Positions 18,428 to 28,138 are shown, counted from the stretch's first letter. The stretch: 40,581 bases of DNA from a virus (IMGVR_UViG_3300032320_001173:1-40581); one strand, 5' to 3'. Numbers and translations are program-made. The notes: generated by a model from the letters alone, not told the origin.

Positions 18428-20272
18428 CTATTTTTGCCAACAATCAGAAACTTTACAGTCTACTACAAAAGGAACGTCTTTTATAATAACTTCAGCAGCT
18501 TCTAACATTAGCCTGTTTAATTGTTCTCGCCACCACTCGGCAATTGATTCAGGGCACTCAGTTTGTATTTCGTCATATACAGACAGTAAAATACTTATGT
18601 CGAGTTTATTCTCATCTATGAAATTTTGTATTTTAATAAGAGCGACTTTAATCAAATCGCCGTTAGTACCTTGAATAGGCGTGTTCATAGACGCACGTTC
18701 AATTTCTCCGTGTCTGACTGGGTTATCTGAATCATAACCTTCAAAAAATCTTATACGACCGAATGGTGGAGCAGTACGTATAAAACCTCGCGATACACCT
18801 AATCTAGCTAATCCATGTAAAAATGTTTTAACTTTAGGTACCGCTTTAAAAAACTTCTCAATAATTTCACCTGCTGCATCTACTGTAATCTGTAGAGTAT
18901 CAGACAGTTTAAATTTAGACATTCCATAAGCTAAACCGAAGTTTATAGTTTTTTGGACGTCTCTATATGTAACACCTGCTTTAAACGGTGTCTCTGTTTT
19001 AACTTCTGTAATCGGTATGTTAAATGTTGCTGCACACAGCACACTATGTAAATCTTCTCCGTCGATAAAAGCATTAACCCATATAGGGTCTTTACTAAAA
19101 GCTGCAATAATGCGTAACTCTGCACCAGAATAGTCACCGCCAACTATTTTGTAACCCGGTTTAGCAATAAAACAACTTCTAATTTTTTTACCTAAATCAC
19201 CCTTACTAGGTATTTGATTTAAGTTAGGTTCACTAACAGATATACGACCTGTAGATAAAATCTGTTTAACGTTAAAATGTATTCGACCTGTCTCCTTATT
19301 TATAAACTTTAAGAAGTTATAGCCAAATGCACTCGCCAACTTACTAAATTTATTATACTCAATAAGTTTAGCTATTAGAATATGTTTACGTTTATTTACC
19401 TGTAAAAATCTATCACCAGTTGTATCAGTTTTAAAGCCAAGCGCATGAATTAAGTCTAGTTTTTGTTTAGGCGAACCCCAATTTATTTCAAGTTGACGTT
19501 TTTGATAACCAAACAAATCTAATTGATTGGTTCTTGGTATAAACCTGTGTAATTTAGGTTCACTAATAACTACTTCATCTAGCTCTTTTTCTAATCTATG
19601 TGTCTCAGCTTCTGTAAGAGCGGCTACTTCTGACCATTTAACAGGGTCAATAAGTACGCCTGTAAATTCCATTCTTGCAAATACTTTAACTACTTCGTTC
19701 TCTAGTTTAAGTACTTCAAGTAAGTTTAGTTTTTCGAGTTCTATAAGTTGTTGCCGTTTGATTTCAGCTAATACTGAAACGTCATCAGCAGCATACTTAA
19801 TAACTCTCGTAGTTAGACCTTCAATGTGTATCTGACTGCGAATATTCTTGTTTAAGTAGACTCCACAATATTTATGAGCCAAATAACCTAAACCTAATTC
19901 TCTATTATCTAACCCTGTAGTCAAAATACTTTCTGCAAGAAAGGTATCATAGATATTTTGTATCCTGATACCTTTCTTTAGAAAGAATCTTAAGTCAAAC
20001 TTTGCATTTTGAAATAGAAATAGTTTATCCGATTCAAGTAAATCCTTGAATGTTGTTAAATCGTGTGATTCACAATCAACTACAAATTGAATATCTTTTA
20101 CACCAAACTGTACAGTAAGTGTCTTGCAAGTGTGTACGTCATAACCATTAGTCTCTGTGTCTACTTCGATTTCGTTGTATTTTGATAAAGTATCAAGACA
20201 AAAATCTATGGACTCTATCGTGTAATCCGCACAGGTGTAAAATCTTGGATTTGTAGTGATTAAATAAATCAT
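18428..20272 (-). CDS. polA: Family A DNA polymerase with 3'-5' exonuclease domain
   Basis: Exo DTET, QNAKFD, YAADD; TGRIS..PNLNQIP; motif A DYSGAELRI; motif B R..QKTINFGLAYG; motif C VYDEI. Confidence 0.96.
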   Translation of the reverse strand: MIYLITTNPRFYTCADYTIESIDFCLDTLSKYNEIEVDTETNGYDVHTCKTLTVQFGVKDIQFVVDCESHDLTTFKDLLESDKLFLFQNAKFDLRFFLKKGIRIQNIYDTFLAESILTTGLDNRELGLGYLAHKYCGVYLNKNIRSQIHIEGLTTRVIKYAADDVSVLAEIKRQQLIELEKLNLLEVLKLENEVVKVFARMEFTGVLIDPVKWSEVAALTEAETHRLEKELDEVVISEPKLHRFIPRTNQLDLFGYQKRQLEINWGSPKQKLDLIHALGFKTDTTGDRFLQVNKRKHILIAKLIEYNKFSKLASAFGYNFLKFINKETGRIHFNVKQILSTGRISVSEPNLNQIPSKGDLGKKIRSCFIAKPGYKIVGGDYSGAELRIIAAFSKDPIWVNAFIDGEDLHSVLCAATFNIPITEVKTETPFKAGVTYRDVQKTINFGLAYGMSKFKLSDTLQITVDAAGEIIEKFFKAVPKVKTFLHGLARLGVSRGFIRTAPPFGRIRFFEGYDSDNPVRHGEIERASMNTPIQGTNGDLIKVALIKIQNFIDENKLDISILLSVYDEIQTECPESIAEWWREQLNRLMLEAAEVIIKDVPFVVDCKVSDCWQK

Positions 20273-20628
20273 TTTAATACTAATTCGTAAAACGTTTCTT
20301 TAGTCATATAGACGTATTCACCTTCAGTTATAAATTTTGACGTAGCCTTCTTCGTCTTTTTGTGGAATATAACCGTTGCCTTATTAGTAGGAAGACTATC
20401 ACTCCCCAAAATATCACCGACATTAAATTGTGTTGTTTTGTTTTTACATTGAATATGGACTGGTAGTTCTTTACCGTCAATATTATTCAAGTCGGTAAAT
20501 ATATCTACACCTCTATTATCCATGTTACGAGATTCGGCTCGAGACGTTACAGCACTATAACCTCTCTCTTTAAGTTCTTTAACTATTTGCCGCTCGTAAT
20601 TATGTCCCGCTGTTCTGTTTCGGCTCAT
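20269..20628 (-). CDS. Holliday junction resolvase-like PD-(D/E)xK nuclease
   Basis: SRNRTAGHNYERQIVKEL...GVDI...IQCK. Confidence 0.8.
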   Translation of the reverse strand: MSRNRTAGHNYERQIVKELKERGYSAVTSRAESRNMDNRGVDIFTDLNNIDGKELPVHIQCKNKTTQFNVGDILGSDSLPTNKATVIFHKKTKKATSKFITEGEYVYMTKETFYELVLK

Positions 20629-21085
20629 ATTCTACCATGTAAACGTCATAATCCTTTAATACTGAAGCCACTACAAGTTCGATGGTATCTGGGTGTCTAT
20701 AACCACCTATACCACAACCGATGTAGGGTAACCCAATTTTAGGTCTGGGTTCTTCGTGCCATTCAGGTAACAATTTAGCCATTGTTTTAAGCGCTGTTAC
20801 AAAAGCGTTTAAATCAAAATACTTACCCGGAAATATTTGGGTGTACAAATTGTAGACTACTTGACCTGATGGCAATGTAGCTGAAGATACCGTACCTAAC
20901 TGTTCGGCAGCAGATTCTGTAAGTTCGTATTGGAATTTATCGGCTTCAAGAACTTCAGGGTATTTATCCGCTAATTGTTTTGCAATACCTGCACCCATAA
21001 GGTTCATGCAATTACACCCATGTGCAACAATGTCGAAGAACTGCTTATCAAGAAGTTCTACTAAATCACCTTTAATTTTTTTCAT
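20600..21085 (-). CDS. Macrodomain protein (ADP-ribose binding/hydrolase)
   Basis: KGDL, HGCNC...MGAGIA, NLYTQ, GLPYIGCGIGG. Confidence 0.9.
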   Translation of the reverse strand: MKKIKGDLVELLDKQFFDIVAHGCNCMNLMGAGIAKQLADKYPEVLEADKFQYELTESAAEQLGTVSSATLPSGQVVYNLYTQIFPGKYFDLNAFVTALKTMAKLLPEWHEEPRPKIGLPYIGCGIGGYRHPDTIELVVASVLKDYDVYMVEYEPKQNSGT

Positions 21086-21086
21086 G

Positions 21087-21545
21087 TTAGATTATTTTGT
21101 CTCCGTCTGATTTTGGTATTTGTCGTTGCAGTTCTTCAACCCATCCATAAAGAGTCGATGTTTCTACATCACTATGACTCTCTTTTTTAAAGATGAAATA
21201 ATCTGCTTGTTTAAGATATTTCGTGTTTGTCACAGACTGTATATACATATCTGTAGCTTTAAGAATAATCTCTTTTGTTAATTCGGGATGGGTCAACATA
21301 AACCGCTGCATTTTAGCAACTACTGCGGTAGAGTCACCCATTTTACCAGCTTCGCCAGTAACGTCGTAAGAAAATTTCTCTCTATATTCCTCTAAAATCC
21401 AATCTGTGTCGCTCACTTCATCAATAGTTTCTTGCAACTTCTCTGACACAATGTACTCACCATTTACGTTTTGTAAGTACCCACGCATTTCTAAACTTTT
21501 AATAAGTTTAGTCTTTTTTAAGAGTTGAAATATTTCTTTTTCCAT
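21087..21545 (-). CDS. Hypothetical phage protein
   Basis: ORF in operon; ATG 21545 avoids overlap with the upstream gene. Confidence 0.7.
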   Translation of the reverse strand: MEKEIFQLLKKTKLIKSLEMRGYLQNVNGEYIVSEKLQETIDEVSDTDWILEEYREKFSYDVTGEAGKMGDSTAVVAKMQRFMLTHPELTKEIILKATDMYIQSVTNTKYLKQADYFIFKKESHSDVETSTLYGWVEELQRQIPKSDGDKII

Positions 21546-21549
21546 AAGG

Positions 21550-21780
21550 TTATTTTGCTTCTGTAAGTAGAACAAACCCATCTCTTGTATGGTAGTAAGC
21601 GTTAGCCATAGCTAAGCTTAACGTATCTTCACTAATATTAGGTGTAAGTTTGTCTACTAAATCTGTGAAATAATCTAAAGCAAGTTCATAAGTATGCTCG
21701 ATTAAATCATGTTCTTCGCACTGAAATGACTTTTTGTGTAAAGTATCTTTAATCAGTGCTACTACTAGGTATGTGTACAT
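21550..21780 (-). CDS. Hypothetical protein
   Basis: Short ORF tightly packed in operon. Confidence 0.6.
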   Translation of the reverse strand: MYTYLVVALIKDTLHKKSFQCEEHDLIEHTYELALDYFTDLVDKLTPNISEDTLSLAMANAYYHTRDGFVLLTEAK

Positions 21781-22159
21781 AGTTTATTTTTAGTTTTTCT
21801 AAGCCCTCAGTATTACGGTACATCTCTCTAAAGTATACTGTTTTAATACCAGCCTGTTTAATCAACTTACAGCATTCTACACAGGGAGATAACGTTAAAT
21901 ATAAGTCAGCTCCCTGCGCATCTCTACCAGCTTTTAAAATAGCATTGCATTCAGCGTGTATTACTTCAGGTAATGTGACATTGTTTTCTTCACAAGTATT
22001 ACAAAACCCTGATGGGGTACCATTATAACCATACGCTACAATATTACCGTCTTTAACAATAACAGCGCCTACTTTAGCACGTACACATCTAGATAATGTA
22101 CCTACTTCTTTGGCAATATTAAGATAGACTTCGTTAAACTGTCGTATTCTATCAACCAT
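21749..22159 (-). CDS. dCMP deaminase
   Basis: KVGAVIV, GYNG.P, HAE.NA, LSPC.EC. Confidence 0.93.
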   Translation of the reverse strand: MVDRIRQFNEVYLNIAKEVGTLSRCVRAKVGAVIVKDGNIVAYGYNGTPSGFCNTCEENNVTLPEVIHAECNAILKAGRDAQGADLYLTLSPCVECCKLIKQAGIKTVYFREMYRNTEGLEKLKINYVHIPSSSTD

Positions 22160-22355
22160 TTTTTCTTATTGCAAATGTAGAATTTTTAGTGAATCGTAAT
22201 TGACTTGAATTGTAATGAAGTATACGACCGTCTGACTCAAGTGCGACACACCAAATCGTATTTTCATGTGGGCCATAGTCTATTAAAAACAATACTACGC
22301 CATCTCCATGCGGAGTTTCTACCCACATTACTTGAGTTACTTCGTGTATTACCAT
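22152..22355 (-). CDS. Hypothetical protein
   Basis: Short ORF overlapping both neighbours (WVETPHGDG..FLIDYG). Confidence 0.65.
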   Translation of the reverse strand: MVIHEVTQVMWVETPHGDGVVLFLIDYGPHENTIWCVALESDGRILHYNSSQLRFTKNSTFAIRKNG

Positions 22356-23023
22356 CCAAATGCTTCTATAGTGTGTTTAAATGGATTACCTTCAATATTC
22401 TTTACAAGTTCTAACATTTGTTTTGCTATGTCCTGTATCTCTAATTGAGCATGGTCATCCATACGCTGAGTAATAAAGTTGTGAAATGACCTCATGTTAA
22501 ACATTACATCTGCCTGAATCTGAGAGTTGTACATCTTAAAAAACCTAGCGGATTCTTTAGCACGTTTTCTACCTAATACAGGGGTTAAATCTTTTAAACA
22601 TTGGTGGTATAAAACATTCATCTCTAAACTTTTTTGTTCTAAAAGAGTACGCCAATCATAGACATTATATTTATTTAGTATCCCAACATCAGTTTCTGTA
22701 TGTTGGCCCCAATCTTCAGGTAAATAAAACTTATCTTCCTTTAACTCTTTATATCTAGCTGATTCAGCATTAATAGACGCAATTCGATGTTTGAGTAGGT
22801 GAATATGTGATGCAATGTCGCAGTTTACAAGAAAGTGTACTACCCCTTTTTCAAATGGTGAACCATGTGGTACAGGTTCTGCACTCCATAGTTGTTTTAA
22901 AAGCGCTGGAATACGCGCTCTTTTTTCGTCTGTAAGGTCTCTCGATGTACTCGTCCATGCACTACAGGCAATAGCTTCATCACCACCATACCAACCTAAT
23001 AGTTCTACTGTGTTGTTATTCAT
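22349..23023 (-). CDS. thyX: Flavin-dependent thymidylate synthase
   Basis: HGSPFE, HLLKHRIASINAESARY (RHRx7SxR-like), KESAR, NMRSF..F...R...HAQLEI. Confidence 0.93.
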   Translation of the reverse strand: MNNNTVELLGWYGGDEAIACSAWTSTSRDLTDEKRARIPALLKQLWSAEPVPHGSPFEKGVVHFLVNCDIASHIHLLKHRIASINAESARYKELKEDKFYLPEDWGQHTETDVGILNKYNVYDWRTLLEQKSLEMNVLYHQCLKDLTPVLGRKRAKESARFFKMYNSQIQADVMFNMRSFHNFITQRMDDHAQLEIQDIAKQMLELVKNIEGNPFKHTIEAFGW

Positions 23024-23273
23024 TTTTCTTTAAGATGTTTTTAGGACTTTTACCTAGTGAAATTAATTTCTTGTCTACCCATAAAGCCGCTTCTTTTTCA
23101 GTGTCGAAAAAGGCCGTGTAATACATCTTATTGACTATTACACGACCTTTCCACCGTATTTCATGGGCTTTATTAGCGTCACTAATAGTGTCTCTTGAAC
23201 TCGCGGTACGTACTTTTGTTACACCTTCATATAGAGACGACTTCTCTAGCTCTTTATACCCGTATTTGCCCAT
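23016..23273 (-). CDS. AP2-like DNA-binding domain protein
   Basis: S.YEGV...RWKGRV......FDTEKEAA..VD. Confidence 0.6.
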   Translation of the reverse strand: MGKYGYKELEKSSLYEGVTKVRTASSRDTISDANKAHEIRWKGRVIVNKMYYTAFFDTEKEAALWVDKKLISLGKSPKNILKKNE

Positions 23274-23279
23274 TGTTAA

Positions 23280-23489
23280 TTACAGTTGTTTGTTATCGTT
23301 TTCTTCTATGTAACCTCTAAATCCGTCAATAACAGTACCTTTAGAAAAATCTAAAAGTTGTAATTGTACGGCTATTACATTGACAATATCAGATATTGAC
23401 GCATCTACGTAAGGTAACGTTACTTTAACTTCTTTACCGTGAGCCTTAATTGTTAATACGACAGGTTCCGAATCTGAATAAATGTTCAT
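23280..23489 (-). CDS. Hypothetical protein
   Basis: Short ORF, ATGA overlap. Confidence 0.6.
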   Translation of the reverse strand: MNIYSDSEPVVLTIKAHGKEVKVTLPYVDASISDIVNVIAVQLQLLDFSKGTVIDGFRGYIEENDNKQL

Positions 23490-23710
23490 AATATTGTTAC
23501 TTTAAGTAATAACTCTGCGTGTGGATTTTCTTTTGGTCCTGTAATTACAACCACACGCTCTGTAGTAATTTTACGCTTATAGTAACTCGATAACGCAGTT
23601 AAATGACCATCATGCTTTTTAGTGTAAAAAACACTTCCTGACTCACTTTTAGTCAACATTATCGACTCTACTGTTACAGGTGTTTTACCTTTTTTTGTTT
23701 TTTTATTCAT
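23486..23710 (-). CDS. Hypothetical protein
   Basis: Short ORF, ATGA overlaps. Confidence 0.6.
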   Translation of the reverse strand: MNKKTKKGKTPVTVESIMLTKSESGSVFYTKKHDGHLTALSSYYKRKITTERVVVITGPKENPHAELLLKVTIL

Positions 23711-24150
23711 TGTTTCTTTTTATTTTGTTGGAACCACGTTTTCAAATCTGTATCGTCGGCAATAAGTAATCCATCTATATGAATTTCCATCATCAACTTA
23801 TGTAAAATTCTATATGTTTCTTCCTCACTATACATTCTTTCAGATTGCCATTTAGCACCTTTGATAAAAGCATTTCTTTCGTATGAATTGCTATCGTGTT
23901 GACCTTCCATAATTGATTCCCAATTCTCAGGATACAATTTTTCAGCAGCTTCTTCAAGTGTTTCTTGCTTAGGTTTTATACCTAACAACTCTTTACACCG
24001 CTCTTCACCACCTGCAAGGTCAATTATCTGTTGATGTATTGATTTAGGTTTTCTATCGCATCCTATACAATCTACATATCTTTTAATTTGGCCTACTGGA
24101 GTACAACAATTTTCTCCGAAAGATACTACTTGTGAATTATTGTTTTTCAT
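23707..24150 (-). CDS. Hypothetical mosaic protein (Cys motif plus ETLEEAAE...GAKWQ.ERMYSEE module)
   Basis: ORF with ATGA overlaps; CCTP...DCIGC motif. Confidence 0.7.
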   Translation of the reverse strand: MKNNNSQVVSFGENCCTPVGQIKRYVDCIGCDRKPKSIHQQIIDLAGGEERCKELLGIKPKQETLEEAAEKLYPENWESIMEGQHDSNSYERNAFIKGAKWQSERMYSEEETYRILHKLMMEIHIDGLLIADDTDLKTWFQQNKKKQ

Positions 24151-24488
24151 TGTTGCTTTTCTTTTTCGTACTGAATTAATTTTTTTAACAACCCTAATTC
24201 ACCATCTTCGTATGTTTTATAGATGTAGTGGGATTCGTGTAAAAATTGTTTTTCAAACCAAACTTCTATGTAATGACTTTCTTCTTCAGCGAGAGGAGAA
24301 TCAATTATAACACTAAATCTATAACCTTTTTTACGAAACCATCTAAATGCTTGTTGGTATAGTGGTATTTGTATAATACCTTCCTTGTTATTCATATCTC
24401 TTGATGCCATGCAAGGTTCATCAAATCCAAGTTCTTTTAACTCGAATGCTTCTTGGTAGGGTATAAATTCTTTTTCGAGGTCGTTCAT
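24147..24488 (-). CDS. Hypothetical protein (LKELGFDEPC...PLYQQAFRWFR type)
   Basis: ORF; resembles 28298-28723. Confidence 0.7.
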   Translation of the reverse strand: MNDLEKEFIPYQEAFELKELGFDEPCMASRDMNNKEGIIQIPLYQQAFRWFRKKGYRFSVIIDSPLAEEESHYIEVWFEKQFLHESHYIYKTYEDGELGLLKKLIQYEKEKQQ

Positions 24489-24493
24489 AGTTG

Positions 24494-25120
24494 TTAATCG
24501 TTAAAAATGTACTTGCCTACCCATACAGTTTGACCTACTTTTTCATAATATACTTGATGGGATAAATCTATAATTCTAAACTCTCTTGTCGAGTGACACT
24601 CAAAAGCAACAGGTGTCTTTGGTTGTTGGAGGGATTTGATTACTCTACGAACAATACTATCTTTCGTATGAGTTGCACAACATTCTTCTTTTGATGTATT
24701 TAATACTTCAAATAAAGCTTCTCTCAAATCTTCTTCTGTGTACTTATACTTCTCTTTGGCTTTGTTGTAGCCTTCTACAAACCCTTTTTGTCTGTGATAT
24801 AATTTACCTTCATCCCATTCAGGTTCTCCAAATTCATCAAAAGATTGCTTGTAAATATTGTAAACCAACTTCTCAACATCATCTTCAAGTGGTGGTAGTA
24901 AGTCAACACCTTCAAGAACTGGGGAGTTGTTAAGTGGTAGGTGGGTGATGACTTTAAATGTTTCTAAATTAGAGTTTAAGGAATCTACTTTATCTCCCCA
25001 AACTCCAATTACTTTAAGACACTTCATTAAAACGTTATTGTAAAACCAATCACCTACTTTAATCTCTAAATCATCTACAATCAGTAGATAATTTTCCGTT
25101 TGGATTATATTGTATTTCAC
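24494..25120 (-). CDS. Hypothetical mosaic protein
   Basis: ORF; YTEEDLR...IKSLQQPK shared with 26131-26808. Confidence 0.7.
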   Translation of the reverse strand: MKYNIIQTENYLLIVDDLEIKVGDWFYNNVLMKCLKVIGVWGDKVDSLNSNLETFKVITHLPLNNSPVLEGVDLLPPLEDDVEKLVYNIYKQSFDEFGEPEWDEGKLYHRQKGFVEGYNKAKEKYKYTEEDLREALFEVLNTSKEECCATHTKDSIVRRVIKSLQQPKTPVAFECHSTREFRIIDLSHQVYYEKVGQTVWVGKYIFND

Positions 25121-25341
25121 TTGTTACCTCCGTATGTTTCGTTGTAGTATTGTGTACATTGTTTTCCGCTCATTGGAACATCTTGACCACCATCCCAATA
25201 TGCATTTTCAATTTGTTCCTTCTCCATTTCTTTGGCTTGTTCAATAAACTCTGTATAATAAGAAGAAAATTCCTTACCATTTTTAGTTTCGATTTCATTT
25301 AGCAACCACTCCACTGCCGTTTGTTGTTTATTGTTTGTCAT
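25117..25341 (-). CDS. Hypothetical protein (QTAV...KEMEKEQI...YYNETYG type), copy 2
   Basis: Paralog of the adjacent ORF; ATG 25341 preferred. Confidence 0.7.
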   Translation of the reverse strand: MTNNKQQTAVEWLLNEIETKNGKEFSSYYTEFIEQAKEMEKEQIENAYWDGGQDVPMSGKQCTQYYNETYGGNK

Positions 25342-25360
25342 TGCCGTATGTTTCGTTGTA
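25130..25360. repeat. 17-bp direct repeat CCGTATGTTTCGTTGTA (25130-25146 and 25344-25360)
   Basis: Identical copies encoding YNETYG at the ends of the tandem paralogs. Confidence 0.85.
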
Positions 25361-25570
25361 ATATTGTTCACCTGTTGTTAGTGTTTCAGTAGGAAGTGTT
25401 CGTTCTACTTTACCAATCCTATATGAATTTATTATCTGCTCTTTCTCCATCTCTTTACACTCTAACCAAATTTTAGCAACTTCGTTACTTGTCATTGGTC
25501 TTCTGCGAGCAATCATATCATTGACTGCATCGTGAAATTTATCTACTGCAGTCTGTTTACTCATTTTCAA
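25328..25570 (-). CDS. Hypothetical protein (QTAV...KEMEKEQI...YYNETYG type), copy 1
   Basis: Shares three motifs with 25117-25341. Confidence 0.7.
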   Translation of the reverse strand: MKMSKQTAVDKFHDAVNDMIARRRPMTSNEVAKIWLECKEMEKEQIINSYRIGKVERTLPTETLTTGEQYYNETYGNDKQ

Positions 25571-25817
25571 GTTGTTTTAGTTGTTGTTCTAGGTTTATAA
25601 TTCTTTCTCTTATAACATATATACATCTATCATTTCCATGCATTTTAAGCATTTCTAAAATAGAAGTATTTTCATCAATCTGTGCTTGGATAATCTTAGC
25701 TTGTGTAGCTTTAGAATTATGTCCTGCTATAAAGGTTTTTTGGACAATTGGTTGCCATTTAGAAGTAGTTTTACCAAATTCAGAATATTCTTCTGCTTCT
25801 TTGTTTACGTTTATCAT
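25557..25817 (-). CDS. Hypothetical protein
   Basis: ORF; ATG 25817 via ATGA overlap. Confidence 0.6.
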   Translation of the reverse strand: MINVNKEAEEYSEFGKTTSKWQPIVQKTFIAGHNSKATQAKIIQAQIDENTSILEMLKMHGNDRCIYVIRERIINLEQQLKQLENE

Positions 25818-26134
25818 ACTACTCTTGGATATTTTAGCAAAGTTTTTTCTGTAACAACACCTAAAGAAATCCATCCTATACCGACAAATTCTTTTATTTC
25901 ATTGCCGACAATAACAAAATTCAATTGTGATTTATCCCTGAGTATTCTTGTAGAGAATTCATAGTAACTAACGGTTTTACATTGGCTAGTATCTATTACT
26001 TCAATTAGCTCTTTTTTACAGGTAATGACAGCGGTTGTTCCGAAATTTACTTTGTACGAGGATTTGAGCTCTTTAGCTATACAACCGATTCCCAAAGATT
26101 TCTTGGTTTTGTGCTTTACGAGAGTGTTTATCAT
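25814..26134 (-). CDS. Hypothetical protein (possible SH3-like N-terminus)
   Basis: LVKHK....GIG.I......KVNF. Confidence 0.6.
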   Translation of the reverse strand: MINTLVKHKTKKSLGIGCIAKELKSSYKVNFGTTAVITCKKELIEVIDTSQCKTVSYYEFSTRILRDKSQLNFVIVGNEIKEFVGIGWISLGVVTEKTLLKYPRVV

Positions 26135-26808
26135 AATACTTTCAGAATTTTAATTTTTCCGTTGGTTAGTTTTGGTCTACTTGGTCTATCTAAATGTTCC
26201 AATATTGTAGGTCTTGATATCCACATACCCATCATGTCTCTGTATTCCACTTCGACTTCAATCTCCCATGATTTAGGTTGGGATAGAGATTGAATAAACA
26301 GATTCACATCTCCCCCATACCAATTATTACCTTTATCTAATTGACCAGCATGAAATGCCTTTCTTATATCTTCCAAAGTAAATCTTTTATCAGATGTAAG
26401 AAGTTCTTGTATTTTTATTAATTGCTCTGTAAGTTTACTTCTGCCATAAAAACAATTATCACAAGCACAATTGTTTTTAGCAAAATTACCTGTTGCTTTA
26501 ACTTCTTCTTCATCATAACCGTATTCTTCCTTTATTTGAAAATCAGGATTTCTTTTGTCGTAATAACAAAGTTTAGTTAAATCAACATCAAACCACCCAA
26601 TTTGTTTCTGTTCTTCTTCTTTTAAACCAGAGAAATCAATTTGGTCTTGTTGGGCTATTACTTTCTTATATTTAGACAAATCAGTTTGTGGTTGTATTTG
26701 TAACTGCCAACTATTTTTACAATCATTGTCTATAACCCAATCAAAATTATTTGGAGTTTCATCAGAAGTAACAATAAATCCTTCTGGTAATTTGTGTAGT
26801 GTTAGCAT
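26131..26808 (-). CDS. Hypothetical mosaic protein with CxCxxC motif
   Basis: CACDNCFYG; FTLEDIR...IQSLSQPK. Confidence 0.7.
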   Translation of the reverse strand: MLTLHKLPEGFIVTSDETPNNFDWVIDNDCKNSWQLQIQPQTDLSKYKKVIAQQDQIDFSGLKEEEQKQIGWFDVDLTKLCYYDKRNPDFQIKEEYGYDEEEVKATGNFAKNNCACDNCFYGRSKLTEQLIKIQELLTSDKRFTLEDIRKAFHAGQLDKGNNWYGGDVNLFIQSLSQPKSWEIEVEVEYRDMMGMWISRPTILEHLDRPSRPKLTNGKIKILKVL

Positions 26809-27081
26809 TTAATTAATTTTAGGTAAGTAAAAAGCAATGATTGAGTCGTTGTTATACGCCCAACCAGTGCCGTTAAAAATCTCTAGGTGTTTTTTACCAT
26901 CTTTACGAACAACTAAGTATCGTCCGTATTCGATAGTTTCTTTAAACTCAGTTGTGTTGATATACTTTGTAGGTTTTAATTCAGGTAAGGAAGAGATTAT
27001 ATTTTCTCTTTCTTTTACTTCATCTACAAGTTTGTGTACATCTGATTCTTCATTGGATACAATACTTTTAAATTCTTTCAT
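26809..27081 (-). CDS. Hypothetical protein
   Basis: ORF in operon. Confidence 0.6.
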   Translation of the reverse strand: MKEFKSIVSNEESDVHKLVDEVKERENIISSLPELKPTKYINTTEFKETIEYGRYLVVRKDGKKHLEIFNGTGWAYNNDSIIAFYLPKIN

Positions 27082-27262
27082 AGATAAGTAAAAGTAGCAT
27101 TAAAACAAACAGCGGTATTAGTAACCACACAGTTATAATTGTCTGCATTGTTACTAACGTAGCTCCCAAAAAATGCCATTTAAATTGAATTAAGTAAGGT
27201 AGGCCAAACCCTATTATAACAAATAAGATTGAAAATAAGATTATTTTGAGTTTTTCTTTCAT
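27068..27262 (-). CDS. Small membrane protein (2 predicted TM helices)
   Basis: Two long hydrophobic stretches. Confidence 0.6.
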   Translation of the reverse strand: MKEKLKIILFSILFVIIGFGLPYLIQFKWHFLGATLVTMQTIITVWLLIPLFVLMLLLLIYERI

Positions 27263-27678
27263 ACTTCTCGTTGTTTAGATTCTTCTTCATTTCGTTTATT
27301 ACACTCTTCTTCAGCTTCTTTTAGTGTTTTGAATATGTCTTGTTCATACCAAATACTACCATCGCCAACACCTGTAGCAGTTACCATGTATTTAATTTCC
27401 TTATCTCTATATTGAGGATTTTTTTGGTAATATTCTTCAAAGTATTTTTCGATGTATACTTTACCTACTCTAGTGTTTCTAAAAGCAACTGACCACTCGT
27501 TAAAAGACCAATCGTTGCGCCCTTTTTTACCATAGCAGCTTGTACATGTAAAATGTGTATCTTCTATTATAACACCTCCTTTACCTTTACAAGCAGCACA
27601 AGGAATCCACTCTTCTTTTCCTTGTTTTTGTATGATAAACACTCTATCTCCTAATGAGAATTTTGTTTCTATGTTCAT
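27259..27678 (-). CDS. Hypothetical protein with DnaJ-like CxxCxGxG zinc finger
   Basis: CAACKGKGG and CTSCYGKKG. Confidence 0.7.
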   Translation of the reverse strand: MNIETKFSLGDRVFIIQKQGKEEWIPCAACKGKGGVIIEDTHFTCTSCYGKKGRNDWSFNEWSVAFRNTRVGKVYIEKYFEEYYQKNPQYRDKEIKYMVTATGVGDGSIWYEQDIFKTLKEAEEECNKRNEEESKQREV

Positions 27679-27686
27679 AGTTTTTA

Positions 27687-27941
27687 TTATTTAGGTTGAA
27701 TAATTAAACCGTTTGGAAATTTTTGGTTATAATGAAAAGCAAGTGTTGAAGGAGTTATTGCGATCCAACTTTCTTCAACAGGAAGTATTGTTGCGGATGA
27801 TAAAATCTTTTCGTATAAAGATATTTCTGACCAGTAAGAACTACTTGCAAAAGGATTTGAATCCAATAGTTGTACTTTCTTAACTTCAGCTATTTTATCT
27901 TTAATCTCTTGTTTTGTTTCTTCTGTTATGTAGAATTTCAT
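27687..27941 (-). CDS. Hypothetical protein
   Basis: ORF, ATGA overlap. Confidence 0.6.
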   Translation of the reverse strand: MKFYITEETKQEIKDKIAEVKKVQLLDSNPFASSSYWSEISLYEKILSSATILPVEESWIAITPSTLAFHYNQKFPNGLIIQPK

Positions 27942-28138
27942 GAGTATTTTCTTTTAGGTGCTAAATCATAGGAATGTTCATATATACCTTTACTTAATGC
28001 TTTTGGTGTATTAATTACTTCATGTCTTTCATTATCAATAGATAAATACATTATATATTCTCCTTCCCAAAACATAAATGATACTTCTGATGCTTTATCC
28101 CAAGGTATCTCTTTGAAATCTATTTCTTTCTTTTTCAT
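27938..28138 (-). CDS. Hypothetical protein
   Basis: ORF in operon. Confidence 0.6.
   Translation of the reverse strand: MKKKEIDFKEIPWDKASEVSFMFWEGEYIMYLSIDNERHEVINTPKALSKGIYEHSYDLAPKRKYS

Noticed and set aside
1635-20272. Inteins or introns in RNAP or PolA
   Set aside because: PolA is compact with contiguous motifs; the RNAP has no internal Cys and no recognisable intein or LAGLIDADG motifs.
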